Shown here: positions 1-12,814 of the stretch, piece after piece | Position numbering within the stretch: position 1 is the stretch's first letter | Layout: each line of letters begins with the position of its first letter | Source: Nemertoderma westbladi | Taxonomy: Eukaryota > Animalia > Xenacoelomorpha | DNA length: 64,000 bases | Direction: 5' to 3' | Assembly: GCA_032718475.1 (NCBI GenBank) | Contig: JAUCBJ010006803.1 | Coordinates: 824 to 64,823, forward strand | The notes under the pieces: model-generated | Told to the model about the DNA's origin: nothing | What the model saw: the letters and a program-made list of their open reading frames with translations, nothing else | Database searches by the model: none | Made by a program: the position numbers and the translations under genes

Positions 1-239
1 CACAATAGAAAGTGAAACATTTCTACTGAAGTAGTTCTTACTAAAAGCCTATACATACTTTAGCAGCTTCAAACTACAATACTGTACATGTACAAGGCAG
101 ATTAGAGAGGGGTGCCCTGTTAATGTTAGGGATTAAATTCAATGTTATTGAGTTTATTGTTTTTTCCTTAGAGTTTCCCACTCATCTACAAATGTGTTGG
201 TCAAAGTCAAGCTAACATTAAAGCATACCGTAGAACATC

Positions 240-363
240 GCCGTGACCGTCACAAAAGTCACCCCCCCCCCCCCCCCCCCCCCTATGTCACAAAATGTCA
301 CGCAAGCTCGACCACCCCCCCCCCCCCCCCCGGATTGCGTGACCTACTTTATGAACGCCCCCT
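240..363. mobile_element. Terminus of a MITE-like element with poly-C tracts
   Basis: Ends GCGTGACCTACTTTATGAACGCCCCC; a reverse-complement remnant GGGCGTTCATAAAG occurs at ~62217. Partner end not found. Confidence 0.35.
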
Positions 364-1049
364 TTAAACTTTTTCTGGAGGTCTTAAAAATCGACGGCAG
401 TTTTCAAGCCTGCCTCTAGGCTGGTGTAAAGTGATCAAGGGCATCTGCTTAGATTTTGCTTATATTTCTTTCAAGTTGACACTTACATAAGTTTATATCA
501 CGTGCTGCGCGAAGGACCCACTTGAGGTATAATATGGTTAAGGTTAAGTTACACCAAATTATAGATATGGATACCACCGCAAGTAACCCTCACCGCCTAT
601 CCTTTTAGCTGCAAGCTGGCTCCCAAATTACAGACAAATAGACAATGGGTCAACAACAAACAACCCCTGGTAGCCAATGAGAGACCTGGAGCTTTCCGGT
701 ATTTTTAGTAATAATTACAGGTAGGTACAGTAGCTTAATGTCATATAGTATTATATAATTGGACCAAAATGGGATGGTGGGGAGTCAGGTCAGTGTGTAG
801 AAGTGTGTATCCCTTAGTATATCAATGTGTATCCAATAATATTGATCACTGGGGTCAACACTATTATTATTAATTAATTGTGAACAAGACGAGTGAACAA
901 GACATCTCTGGGGGGGTCAGTGGGACTTGTCTGGGGGGGCAGTGCCCCCAAGCCCCCCCCCCCCCCCCCCCGCACGATACGGGCCTGCTAGGCATGCTTG
1001 CTATTGCAAGCATGCCAACGAAGGAGGGAGCTAGAGCTGGAGACGGGAC

Positions 1050-1372
1050 ATTTTAATCAGTTAATTACGATTATATCATTTAAAAACACATTTCTTAAAG
1101 CAAATCTCTTGAACTAATTAAACAGTATAATGGAATGGGGTATTGGGAATACAGTTGTATAATTTTTAAGTATAATTATTTAAATCTTATACTATAAAAT
1201 AATTTATATCCGTTAATAGGCAGGTTGAAAATTCTGTTTTTACCCTAATCAACTTAATGAACTAATTAACTACTATTATCTTAGCTTCTCGAAGGCCACA
1301 CGGAAATCCAACTTTGAAAATTTCTAAACCCTTATGCTAAGCTCGCTTACTTTCGTGGCTCGCCCCACAGTG
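1050..1372 (-). mobile_element. Internally deleted copy of a DINE-1/HINE-like dispersed repeat
   Basis: Reverse complement of parts of 62247-62660 (e.g. TTAGCTTCTCGAAGGCCACACGGAAAT at 1281 vs 62426-62452); shared terminus TGTGGGGCGAGCCACGAA. Confidence 0.6.
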
Positions 1373-1647
1373 CAATAACAATAACTACCGGTACATCGTG
1401 CTTGGCTTCGGATTAAATAATTATTGTTAACGATAAAAAGGCATCAATCATTCAAATTCATTTATTATTCATAATATTGAACCTTCGAGCTCGAGCCATC
1501 AGCAAAAATTTCGGGTTAATACAATCAATATTATGATTGAAATTGAGCTAAATTTCATAATAAAACTTTTTTGCTAGTAATGAACCTGCATGTATATAGG
1601 CGGGGTGAGTATTTTGTCAAAAATTTTGGTGTAGGGGCCTCCTATAA

Positions 1648-3310
1648 CTGTGGGGCAACCCACGAAGTTGGTGGAGCCAGCGAACAGATTCGTCGAATTT
1701 AACGCTGTCGAGTTAAAAAGATGTAGGCATCAATAACACCAAAAGTTGAGATGTTTTAGATACTTTCAGAAACCATCAGTTCAACAGTCTCGCGCTAGAG
1801 GGCTACATGACGAAGCATTAAATGTCCTCCCTTTTCTTTTCTTTTAATCCGTTTAACCTGAAACTTGGCAGATCTTAACTAGAAAACATACTGTCTTTGT
1901 GGTGTCGGTAATCGGTCAGCAGTTCTCCAGTCTGTCGATTGAGGGTGAAATGTATGAAAGTTATAACCTTCATTTCCTTGATCTTAATCCGTTTAAGCTG
2001 AATTTGGAATTGTACCAAACCACATGTTGTAATTGAAAACACAAGCAATTTATATGAATATACAATTTAATATTTAAACAATGTATAATAATAATATTAA
2101 AGAAATTAATTATACTAACTAAATAAACAAGAAACAATATGAAACAATCTTGACTTACAATTCATCACACAACCACCACTTTTTCCAATCCTCTCTGCCT
2201 CTCCTCTATTCTCTCTCCCTCACTACTCACTTTCTCTCACACAGCTGATTACCTTAGATTATACACTATTATTGAGAATATTAAATAATCACAATGTTGT
2301 CTTTTGAGGAAGGCGATTCATCTGCAGTTATCCAGTCTGCCGGCTGCCGCTAGAGGGCGAAATGTCTAAAAGTGAAAACCTTCCTTAATTTTGTTAACAT
2401 TAACATTTCCTTAATTTTAATTCGTTTAAGCTGAATCTTGGCATAATGCACTACAAACATGAGTGCAGTGGGGCCTTAGTGCAGCAAAAGTAGTCCTGCA
2501 GTTCTCTGGACTGCCCCTAGTGGGCAAAATGTCTGAAAGTGAAAACCTCCCATTTCGTTGTTCATACTCTTGGAAGCTTAGCTTATACTATAGTGGACTT
2601 TAGCTTCCTTATACTATAGTGGACTTTAGCTTCCTTATACTATAGTGGACTTTAGCTTCCTTATACTATAGTGGACTTTAGCTTCCTTATATTATAGTGG
2701 ACTTTAGCTTCCTTATACTATAGTGGACTTTAGCTTCCTTATACTAGCTCAGTGGACTTTAGCTTCCTTATACTATAGTGGACTTTAGCTTCCTTATACT
2801 AGCTCAGTGGACTTTAGCTTCCTTAAACTATAGTGGACTTTAGCTTCCTTATACTAGCTCAGTGGACTTTAGCTTCCTTATACTATAGTGGACTTTAGCT
2901 TCCTTATACTATAGTGGACTTTAGCTTCCTTATACTAGCTCAGTGGACTTTAGCTTCCTTATACTAGCTCAGTGGACTTTAGCTTCCTTATACTAGCTCA
3001 CAGATTGCGTGTGGGGAGGCTGATCGGTCAGCAGTCTGCCGCCATGGGGCGAAATGTTTGAAAGTAAAACCTTCTCTCATTTCGTTATTTTTTATGCGTT
3101 CAAGCTTAAACTTGGCAAATATAAGCACTAGACCACCTAGAGACTAGGTCTTTTTGGGGAGGGTAATCCATCTAGAGTTCTCCAGTCTACCGCTAGAGGG
3201 CGAAATTTCGCAAATGCCAATCTTCTCCCATTTCGTATGTTATTTATAATAATTTCGACCGCGCACATATTTTCTAAATCTGAAGGAGAAATCTGCTCAT
3301 ATTTCTTTGG
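1648..3310 (+). repeat. HINE-like element with degenerate internal repeats
   Basis: Starts TGTGGGGCAACCCACGAAGT; recurrent blocks GCTAGAGGGCGAAATGT..AAAGTGAAAACCT and TTTAAGCTGAA.CTTGGCA at roughly 1795, 1940, 2350, 2515, 3045 and 3190. Confidence 0.5.
2578..3000. repeat. 26/29-bp minisatellite (TTATACTATAGTGGACTTTAGCTTCC)n, about 15 copies
   Basis: Directly visible; 29-bp variant carries CTAGCTCAGTGG. Confidence 0.95.
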
Positions 3311-4826
3311 AGCAACACTTAAACAAACCCACGTTTACTCCACGTACTGTACGCCCCACTTCGCGTATCGTGTACCAGTTTCGAGACTTTGTATAGTTAT
3401 AAACGTCGTCAGGATGCGTTTAGCATAAATATTTTAAAGACAGGACGAGCGCAACGAGGTTAATAATGAAAACATGTACTACGTTTATAAACCAACTCTA
3501 GTTTAGCATACATACACATCGAACGTTGTCTCATTTTGTTCAGTACCAGTTGTAGTGGAATAGTGTTTTAAGCTTTATTAGGTTACCAGATTACATCTCG
3601 AACGCAACGAGGGTTGCGACATTTCTTGCAATCAAAAATAATTAATCTAATAAATAAATATTATGCCATACTATACATTTTATATTTATTAACAATAAAA
3701 TACGAATGTTGTTAGTTATTTACACTAACGGAATATCAGTGTATTGTATTATATTATATCCGCAACCAGTGTACGACTAAATATATATGCACCAAAAATA
3801 GAGATAATAATATGCTAGCAAGTTTCTTTTGACGCAAAATAATTCCCTTTGACTCTTTAATCTTTTCAAATAAATAACTTTGGCCCCAAATAATACCGCT
3901 ATAATAGTAGTACCTTCTCCAATAAATTAAATAAGTACAGTTATATCCAACGTATGGCTTACTAATTAACATGAATTGTGCACTGGAGAACATAACTGTT
4001 ATAAAAAACACGGTAGTCTTTAAAATAAAAGCCTTATAGAATAAGTGCTATAAATAAAAACAGCGCAATACGCAAACCAGAGATTCACTCAAATGCAAGT
4101 TTAATTTTTCGATGGAAAAATAAAAGCACCTGCTTCAATATAATGTCGATAAATAGCGAGACACCGCCAAACTAAGCCGAATCATACAATAATAAATAGT
4201 AAAATAATTAAATCATTATTTGGTGGGATTTTAAGACAAACGTATTTGGTGAAACTGAATATTTATGGCGAGTCATTGAAGAAAAAGTATTTTAATTTTT
4301 CGAAATACGGTACGTAGGTATTTAATTATATAGGTAATTTCATAAAATGTTTCACAAATAGTTTCCCTGTTTTATCGCCCATTTCGATAAAATAATATCG
4401 AGTCATTTATTTCGGAAATAATAAAAATATTTTCGAAATTAAATCGACATTGAATGTGAGAATATTTATTTTTAAGGGTGGTGTTCAGCTTTTCTTCAAG
4501 AAAATGACGTCAGTTATATTTCATGTGACCATAGCACTTTGTACCGGTAGCACAAGACTTTATTTTTCAGATTATGTTATGAGAATAAAATAAAAGAAGA
4601 TCCTGAATTATATAGTCCAGTGAACTTTAATGTTGAATAACGTGTTTGACTACATTTTTGTATTTGCTCCAAACTAGGCATTAGGCTATACTATGTTTCA
4701 AAACAAATTCTTTATTATTTCTGACAACTTCAGTCAGTAGTATTTAGACTGATGTACTGCGCCAATAAACGAAATAAACACAGCGTTCCTATAGCAGTAT
4801 AGGAACGAGACCCGATAAATAAACAG

Positions 4827-5525
4827 CTAGTCGTTCAAAGAAGAAAATACATGTTTAACGATGTAACCAAAAACGATTGCGCCGATGATAACGAGGCAGT
4901 TGGCTGCGGCCCCGTAGTAGGAACCTTGACCCCGTCTGCTGTCCGTCGGGGCCCCGGACACTAAGGGGTCTGCGCAGTTCGATGTCTGCAACTCCAGACA
5001 ACGCCGACCCTGTATGGCAACCATCTCCGCGTGAATCTCCTGAAACAGTTCGGGAATTACATTATCTTTTAGGTTGAACTCGACTGACTGGTAGGAAAGC
5101 TGTCGCTTAGTTGAGTCTCCAGTCTCCACGCTGCCCAGAGTCGGAGCAGTCTCCAGCATGAAGCTGAGCAACCCCGTCAGTATGGTAGAGACACTCCACG
5201 CGGGGTTCCACGAGTCTGGATGAAAGTCGCTTATAGATAAACACAACCTCGTGTTGACCTTGAACCGTCCGTTCGGTGTGGTCATGTATATAGCGGGAGG
5301 TTTAAACGGGAATTCTTGGGGGAACACTAGTTTCCCGTGGTAGAATCCGCCTTCGTAAAGGGATTTCTCAGGGCCCTTTACGATGTAGTGCCATTCTAGT
5401 AAGTTGGATGGAAGAGGAGCAGCTGTTATGTAAGGGACGGGGTCTTTGACAATACGAATATAATCTTGTTTTAGTCGAGCAGCGGCCGTCGAATTTATAC
5501 GTTTTTTAGGAGGATTTGATGTCAT
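4827..5525 (-). CDS. UBE2J2: Ubiquitin-conjugating enzyme E2 J2 (Ubc6 family), single exon
   Basis: RLKQDY...EWHY...YHGKLVFP.EFPFKPPAIYM.TPNGRF..NTRLCLSISDFHPDSWNPAWSVSTILTGLLSFM with catalytic Cys, plus C-terminal TM anchor. Start placed at the ATG at 5525; the ORF-track extension is non-ATG. Confidence 0.95.
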   Translation of the reverse strand: MTSNPPKKRINSTAAARLKQDYIRIVKDPVPYITAAPLPSNLLEWHYIVKGPEKSLYEGGFYHGKLVFPQEFPFKPPAIYMTTPNGRFKVNTRLCLSISDFHPDSWNPAWSVSTILTGLLSFMLETAPTLGSVETGDSTKRQLSYQSVEFNLKDNVIPELFQEIHAEMVAIQGRRCLELQTSNCADPLVSGAPTDSRRGQGSYYGAAANCLVIIGAIVFGYIVKHVFSSLND

Positions 5526-6329
5526 TTTAGAAATAGAAACCAGGTAACATACGATCTCTGATACCGGTATAGAGAATGAAGAAGCAGTACCGGTATAACA
5601 GTACAGTATGAGTAGGCCTAATCCAGGTGTCGGATGTAGTGTATGACAGTACACAGTTAGTCAGTACTGCTGCACTGCAAAACAGCAGTATGAGTAAGAG
5701 TTAGGCCTACAGTAGGCCCACTATTACTGCAATGTACCGTACCAGTTACTAGTGAAAACAACAGTAAAGCAATACCGATGGCGACAATATAAGCAACAAT
5801 GCAGTGCCCCCAGTGACTACTGTACGACTGTATCTTACGGCGTCCCTGGACCGCTGACGATCTGTGTCAAGGACTTCTAGAACATAGTATTTATTCAGGA
5901 TGTCAACGATGACAAATATTGACTCAAATGCACACCCCTAACAGTGTCAGTTCGCTAAAGGTTCCAACAACTTCGTGACTCGCCCCATAGAGTGCAGTTA
6001 GACTTGCAGATTTAGTTTTTATTGTACACTAACAGTTAGTTTAGTTAGATTATTTATTAGCTCTTCCATAAAACAGTAATATAGTATTGCATAAACCTAT
6101 AAGGAAATAACAGTAGTGGGATATATGCCGCCAAATCGCAGGCGAGTAAAGCGCGGGAGCCCCCTAGCTGCCTAGTCATAAAATATGGAGATTACTGTAT
6201 GATGGATGAACATTATGAGTGAAATTATGGATGAAATATGAAGATATTACTGCATACAACCCAACACCATAATACGGACACGGGGACACGGAAAGATACA
6301 GTAGTACAGTATGTTCTAGAATAAATTAA

Positions 6330-6490
6330 ATCAATCAGCAGTAAATCGGTCAAAGGTAATTTTTAGTAATTGGTTTATCCAGCTCGAAAAGAAGAATCCT
6401 TAGTTTTTTAAAAGGTGTCGTGTTTTTATTTGAGTTAAATTTTATGGTAAATTTGTTCCACAGCTGAGCTCCGCGCACCGCTACACAATG
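6330..6490 (-). mobile_element. Decayed 3' fragment of an L2/CR1-like LINE
   Basis: Minus frame reads CVAVRGAQLWNKF...FKK, resembling LINE ORF2 C-termini. Confidence 0.35.
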
Positions 6491-7393
6491 ATTGATAGAA
6501 GAAGTTTGCCCAGCCTAGGCCTACATTATTCTTACAATAGACTCATTTACTGTATTTGGCCCCAGCCTGCCAGCCTACATTATTCTTACAATAGACTCAT
6601 ACTTTACTGTATTTGGCATTAACTTTTCAGTCGCACTATATTATTAGAATCAAACTTACAGTATGTTATAGTTCTTTGATATCATTCCAGACGTCACATA
6701 TCGCGATGTTGCCCGCAATCAGAGTATCGCACTCAACCATGACATGGTAAATTAACAAATCTAAGTGGGTTTTGTACAGATGTAATATACCACGGTCGAA
6801 ATAGACGCTATGTCATCTTCATCTACGACTATTGGAGGCTCTGTGAAAAACCATCCATGGCCGTACAGATGCGAAGCCCAAACAGATGAGGTTTCATTGT
6901 ATTCTCTTACCGTACTAACTCAGTCTTATCAGTGTCAATCTCATTGAACAATCTGTCTATCATATTTATATCCATGTGAACCTGATCGAGTTCATTGTAC
7001 CACCTGCTAAAACTGGCTATTAAAAAAATACTAATACTACTAATATTGTTACTATAATTATAATAACAATAAACTGTATGCAAACTGTATGCTTTATTTT
7101 TTTTTTAGGCCTACCTACTACAGTATTAATGAATATCAGGTCAGTAAACAAATCAACACTGCATGCGAGCTTCGCATCCTGAATAAATAATACTACAGGT
7201 ACTGTATGTCCTAGATTTTATAGTCCTGATATTTTATTAGTACAGTCCATAGAGTGCAGTCAATTTTTGGATTTTTGGCTTTTACCCTAGTAGTAGTTAC
7301 ATTCTGCATTTACCGGTAGACCTAAGCAGATTTCAGATTTGTGTTCGTTTGTACTGCAGTACTGTTAGATGCAGTGTAATCCAGCAATCTGCC

Positions 7394-8632
7394 ATGTTTA
7401 AGCTTACAAACAGTGTGGTTCCGTTGAGGGAATCCGGAGTTCGCCTATTTCGGAATCCGTACAGCTCGCGAAGGATACAGTTCGGCTTGCGGAATGTTAG
7501 TAACGCAAATCGTGATGCCTTAATCAAAACCTCAGAACTGATGATAAAGTTAGGGTGGAATAAAAAATCTATCGAAGGTTTAGTTAAAGGAGTAAGTAAA
7601 GAGAAGGGAAAGTCTGGAGGAAGAAATAAACTGGAGGGTCTTTTGGGTTCCTACGAACGATGGTTAAAAAATAGATTCCCGAAAGCCTACGTGTACCACA
7701 TGGCGTTTAAGGATGGGTTGAATAATTTGTACTCAGATACGAAGCATTGGATCTACCTGGTACCCAAACAGGACTTACACAATCTCCAACCATGGGATTT
7801 ACGAAGTCTAGAGATAGGCATGAATTTCCCTCGGGCGTTGATTATATCGCTTCCCGTGGTTATAGTCGGGGCTATTCTACCCGAGGCCCTCATCCTAGCC
7901 GCCCCATTATTCTACTACGCGCCCCATCACTCTTTGGATCAACGGTTTCAGCTGTTTTATCTGAAGGAAGAAGCCGCCAAGACCATCTCGGTTATAACCA
8001 AGGAGGCCGGGGATTCTATTTTAGATTGTCATCTACGCACGTTGACCTCCCATCCTGGGTTACCTCTGGAGGATAGAGCCTCGTTCCGAGAGCTTCTAAC
8101 TCTGTTAGATAACCCAACACGCACCCCAACCAACGGACAACATCTAGCTGGGTTGCTAACGGATTTATTCTCCAGCCACCGGGATAAGATACCCCGACTT
8201 TACTGGACGGCTTTAGCGCGTTCTCAGTTCCAGTCTCGGTTCCTACCCGTCTGGCTGATTCGCTCCCGTCTGCAGAAACGCGCCACTATCCTCAGCGCTA
8301 TGGACTCAGTTATACGTAGCGAGGGAGTTCATTCTCTGAGCTGCGATTCGCTAACTACTCAGTGTTTGTATCGTGGGTTGCCAAGCAGCCTCTCGCAGAC
8401 AGCAATGCGTCACCAACTGGATATCTGGTTATCGGTCTCTCGATCTGTAGGTCCTGTCGTTTTCTCCGATTTCGCACAAATATTAACTTATCTCCATCTG
8501 CTACTCGCGGCCTCTCGATATTTCGGTAATCATCAACCCGACCGCTGGAATTCCCACCAGTTTATAGCCAAGGAACGGAAAGATAAACTCGTGAGAACCA
8601 AAACTAAGTATATTTCCCGATTAATCAATTAG
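7394..8632 (+). CDS. LETMD1: LETM1-domain-containing mitochondrial protein (LETMD1-like), single exon
   Basis: Basic N-terminal presequence, FKDG...LYSD, Pro-containing TM segment, D..IRSEGV.SL....L...C..RGL......M...L..WL motif; ATG at 7394; AATAAA at 8644. Confidence 0.7.
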   Translation: MFKLTNSVVPLRESGVRLFRNPYSSRRIQFGLRNVSNANRDALIKTSELMIKLGWNKKSIEGLVKGVSKEKGKSGGRNKLEGLLGSYERWLKNRFPKAYVYHMAFKDGLNNLYSDTKHWIYLVPKQDLHNLQPWDLRSLEIGMNFPRALIISLPVVIVGAILPEALILAAPLFYYAPHHSLDQRFQLFYLKEEAAKTISVITKEAGDSILDCHLRTLTSHPGLPLEDRASFRELLTLLDNPTRTPTNGQHLAGLLTDLFSSHRDKIPRLYWTALARSQFQSRFLPVWLIRSRLQKRATILSAMDSVIRSEGVHSLSCDSLTTQCLYRGLPSSLSQTAMRHQLDIWLSVSRSVGPVVFSDFAQILTYLHLLLAASRYFGNHQPDRWNSHQFIAKERKDKLVRTKTKYISRLIN

Positions 8633-9239
8633 CTCGATTATTTAATAAACTGTATCCGCAAATAGATGTAATTAAATTAATGTAATTTAGTAGGTCATGG
8701 GGGGAATCTACATATTTTAGTGAAAAAAACATTAAATTTAGTGGAAAATCAATTATTTTATTGACCAATAAAATTAATGCGTTAAATAAATAACGTCTGA
8801 AATAATTGAGATACCATACAGTAGGGCCCGATGATATGTTTTTGAATTCATCACAAATCATTATCCGTTTTAATCAGTGACAAGTAAATGTCCTTCCCAT
8901 GCTAAATCAATTTTATCCTATTTATCCGCGTTTAATAATAACACACCCCGCCACTCGAGTCAAGGTACCATGTTAATTACGGAAAGTTTCATTCATGAAA
9001 GAAAACATTTTTTTTTGCTAAGTCGTGCGAATGACTTAGTAACCCGTGCGAAGGTCTTTCGCACCTATACAAAGTGGAACAAATGTGATGAAAATTCGCC
9101 ACATTCCCAAGTATTTCACAGATCCAGTTAGGTAATACAGTATATATTCTATTATTAGAAAACCGTTAGGACTTCTTACTGTAAAAGTATTCACTATCTA
9201 TCTATCTATGTATACTACCTATGTATACTATCTACGTAC

Positions 9240-9808
9240 TACCCCGGACTGTTTCGGTTCCCATACATAATTTGATAACATCGGAAGTACTTTACTTCTC
9301 ATGTATTTTTTGAATGTTGCTGGTAGTTTTTTCGATAACAAAGTGTCAGAACGTTCATGAAAGGTTATATCATCCTGAGAATCAAGCATCCCGTCTGTAT
9401 CAAATATCAATTTAATAATCTCTATGCGAGCGATTTTATCAACACCGCAATCTATCAGATGTTTCGTTACATTTTTCCTTACATGCAACACGCATATTAG
9501 TGTATGGGAGTTAGGAAATGCAATACGGATTGCTTTCCTTAAAGCTGCTTCTTCATCTGAACCAAGACACAGTTTTTCTAAAGGTTCACCATCTAGTCGG
9601 GCGCGTAAATTACATAGGAAAATATAAAATACTAAAAAATCTGATTTTCCATGGATAAATATGGGTCCAATAAATATGGGATGATCACCCGTGTCATTGC
9701 ATACCACTGATAAATTCTTGTTAACACTAGATGTTACTAGGACACGACCAAGATTAAAGGTCTTATCAAAAGATAATACACATGATCCGGCACAGCAGAA
9801 TCGTTTAA
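9240..9808 (-). pseudogene. MULE transposase catalytic region (3' half of interrupted element, truncated)
   Basis: LSFDKTFNLG, GSDEEAALRKAI..AFP, CVLH (CxxH) motifs. Joins the 18197 side in frame once the Helitron is removed (QQITD|IKRFCC). Confidence 0.85.
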
Positions 9809-9954
9809 TCCTACTAATATAATAGCTCAAAAGTACTGCGACGACTACTACTACTACTACTACTCCTAAGTTGGTAATATCTCACTGTTATTTCTAATTC
9901 ACAATGCTAATCAAAGGTCAAGCACATTATTATGATTGTTGAGTTGGAAATCAA

Positions 9955-10769
9955 TTGTGGCGGTGAAAGCGAAAAGGTACCTTAAGGTGAAAATGACGTT
10001 TTGAGAAAATCGTATTTAAAGAAAAATTCAATTTTCAAGTCAAAATTTTCAATTTTTTTATTTTCAATGTGATATATGCAGTTTTTAATGAGGAATCCAA
10101 ATCTGTTAACGGTATGTTAACAGCAAGCTTAGTTTTGGAGATAGTCAGCTTTGATTGAGGGTAGTCAGAAGTTTTGAAATTTAAATTTCATTCCCGATAG
10201 ATATTATGTTGTTCTATGTAGATTTACTCTTATAAATTAATTTATATGCCTTATTATTCCAATAGAAAACTATCTTCCAGTTATTTTCAATATGTTTGCT
10301 TGTCAATCGGTCTCTTAGTTGTTCACGTGCTGCTCGGAGTCCCAGACTTGATAAAAACCCAGCATAGTTGTTCACGTGCTGCTCGAAGTCCTGGCTAGAA
10401 AAAAAGGCCGCATAGTTGTTCATTAGTTTGCTAATGCACATTCCTGTTACACATTTTGCCCCTCAAGCCTTAACATCACAACACAACCCCCGCCTCACTC
10501 CAATTTAGCAAACTCACTTTCAAGATATTTTGTAAGTAATCCCTACGACTATTAAAATACAACAAAAACTTTAACGCGATTTACTCATAGTAGTATATTT
10601 TCCATCTGGTTGTCTTGCCAATACTTAAATTCTAATAACTCTTGATGTACTCATCCAATCAGGATGATTTATAGCTCATTAGAGAGCTGAGATGTTGGCC
10701 AATCACATGCAATATCTAACTCAAAAACCTCATTTTCACCTTAAGGTACCTTTTCGCTTTCAGCCACAA
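9955..10769. mobile_element. MITE-like inverted-repeat element inside Helitron 5' region
   Basis: About 55-bp inverted repeats containing TGAAAGCGAAAAGGTACCTTAAGGTGAAAATGA and its reverse complement; no convincing TSD. Confidence 0.7.
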
Positions 10770-11589
10770 GGACATTTCAGTAACAAGAGTTGTTTCCATA
10801 ATCACCAGCTGTTAATAAACGGATTATTACCATTCATTGAAGGATAACAATGCCAATCAAAGGTCAACCACAATTTCTCAAACCAACTGCTTATTAGTTT
10901 TGTTTCCAATCCCCAGTAAATGAATTGCATTGCATCAAGTATCATCAGTAAGAATAGGTAGGTCACTGTAAACAAAATTTGTACTGTATATTTGTCGCAA
11001 CAGAACAAGTACGAAATTCTGTATAAATTATGATTTTTTGAGAAGCCGTTCTGAAATACAATTTATTTTTACTTTATAATAAAACGGAAGCTGAAACTTT
11101 TAGCATTGGATTTATCTCCCGAACACGCAAATCTCCTTCACGGATAACAGGATTATGAACCGTGATCAAGGTAAGATATTGAATGTATATTACATAATAT
11201 TAAATTTTTTGAATCGTTACACAGTAGGTCTATTATTATTTTTATGTATCGTTATCCAGAGTACGGTATTACCATAGATAGGCAAAATAATTTTTTGTTC
11301 TTTTTCATGCTTGCTCCATCAGAGGCATTATTTGATCCATTAAAATAGTTTACGAAATTAAACAATTAATTCTAGATACAACCCTAATAATATTTTGATG
11401 CAGATAGAGTGAGAAGGTGCAGTAGGTGCGGCAGTCACACTAAAGGACACCCATTGCCGCTTGGAGAGAAGTGTGTTCAGATGGTAAACAAATCGGAATT
11501 GGATAAGCGGCGGGTAAATAATGGTGATGCAAGGAAACGGTATCAAACTGCTGACAGACAAAGAAAAAAACAGAGTGATGCAGTTACTG

Positions 11590-11915
11590 CTAGAAACAGA
11601 AGTGCAAAACCTTCTGCAATGGCTGCTGCCAGAGTGAGAAATGCAAAACCTTCTGCAATGGCTGCTGCCAGGGTGAGAAATGCAAAACTTTCAGCAAAGG
11701 CTGCTGCTAGAGAGAGGAATGCAGAACCTTCAGCAAAGGCTGCTGCTAGAGAGAGGAATGCAGAACCTTCAGCAAAGGCTGCTGCTAGAGAGAGGAATGC
11801 AGAACCTTCAGCAAAGGCTGCTGCTAGAGAGAGGAATGCAGAACCTTCAGCAAAGGCTGCTGCTAGAGAGAGGAATGCAGAACCTTCTGCAATGGCTGCT
11901 TCTAGAGCGAGGAAT
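11590..11915 (+). repeat. 39-bp coding tandem repeat (PSAKAAARERNAE)n in RepHel N-terminus, about 8 units
   Basis: Directly visible. Confidence 0.9.
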
Positions 11916-12188
11916 CAGCAACCAGCTGCATTGGTTGCTGCTAAGAAGAGGAAAGCGGATCCTGTTGTTCAATCTGAAGCGAGGAAACGAGCGAAAACTG
12001 CCCCATCACTCACAAAGGCAAGCAAGCGGGCACATGATGCTAGAGAAAATAGTAAAAAATCAAAATATAAGTTAGCATGGTATCATCATGGGGAAGTTAA
12101 CTCCCTTATAAAATCCCTTCCAAAGATTAATGAAACGTGCAACTCCTGTGGGGCGATAATGTTCCCTTGGGAACTTTCAAAGACACCT

Positions 12189-12814
12189 ACTACTACTACT
12201 AGGATCGGCATGCTGCATTGCAGCTGCATTTTTAAGAATGCTGTGCCGGCTTGTCAACAAAATTGCACCGCCACAACTCCCTATCACCCATGACATTTGC
12301 TAGATCATCCGCATCTTTAAGGCCAGTGTCCTTTAAGATGCGTCTCAAGAAAGTCATGGGCTGTCCACCATGCTTATTCACTCCATGAGGCTGCCAAAGT
12401 ACAAGATTATGCACTGGCTGGTCCTCACGGCGAAAGCAATGTCCTGCAAAGCGGAGGCGATTTTGTTCTAGTGTCAAGCTTGGGGGAACCAATGAGACAC
12501 CTCCAATGTTATATAGTGTCTGGTTGGAGATGTGTGCATTGTACTTGAAACAATGTACCCGGCGTAGCATTCTTGTGAATGTGCCATCCAGAGATTTGGT
12601 GTCCTCAGCAGTTAGAGCCCAGCATGGACTCCCGTAGAGGAGTACTGGAACTACTGCTGCTTTAAATAATCGGACCTTAAGTTTCCGATTAATTCTAGGT
12701 GACTTCCAAATCCTGGAAAGCCTATTCAAGGCTGCCCATGCCTTTCCCTTACGTATTCGAAGGTCCTCACCTGACTTCCGGATCCATGATCCCAGGTAAC
12801 AGAAGTCGTAACAG
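12189..12814 (-). mobile_element. 5'-truncated RTE-like LINE with (TAG)n tail
   Basis: KVRLF.A.V..VLLYG..W, RLRFAGHCFR; TSD AAGACACCT at 12180-12188 and 12815-12823; removal restores the Helitron Zn finger (CNSCGAIMFPWE...CCNYG). Confidence 0.9.

Noticed and set aside
2578-3000. CRISPR-like or telomeric array
   Set aside because: Simple minisatellite without spacers.
3434-4023. TTAA-flanked Kolobok-like MITE
   Set aside because: Only 4 bp of terminal inversion; insufficient.
5526-5654. N-terminal extension of UBE2J2 in the ORF track
   Set aside because: Non-ATG start through footprint-rich upstream DNA; no similarity to Ubc6.
6910-7010. Possible EF-hand-like exon on minus strand (LFNEIDTDK)
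   Set aside because: Too short and isolated; no partner exons seen.
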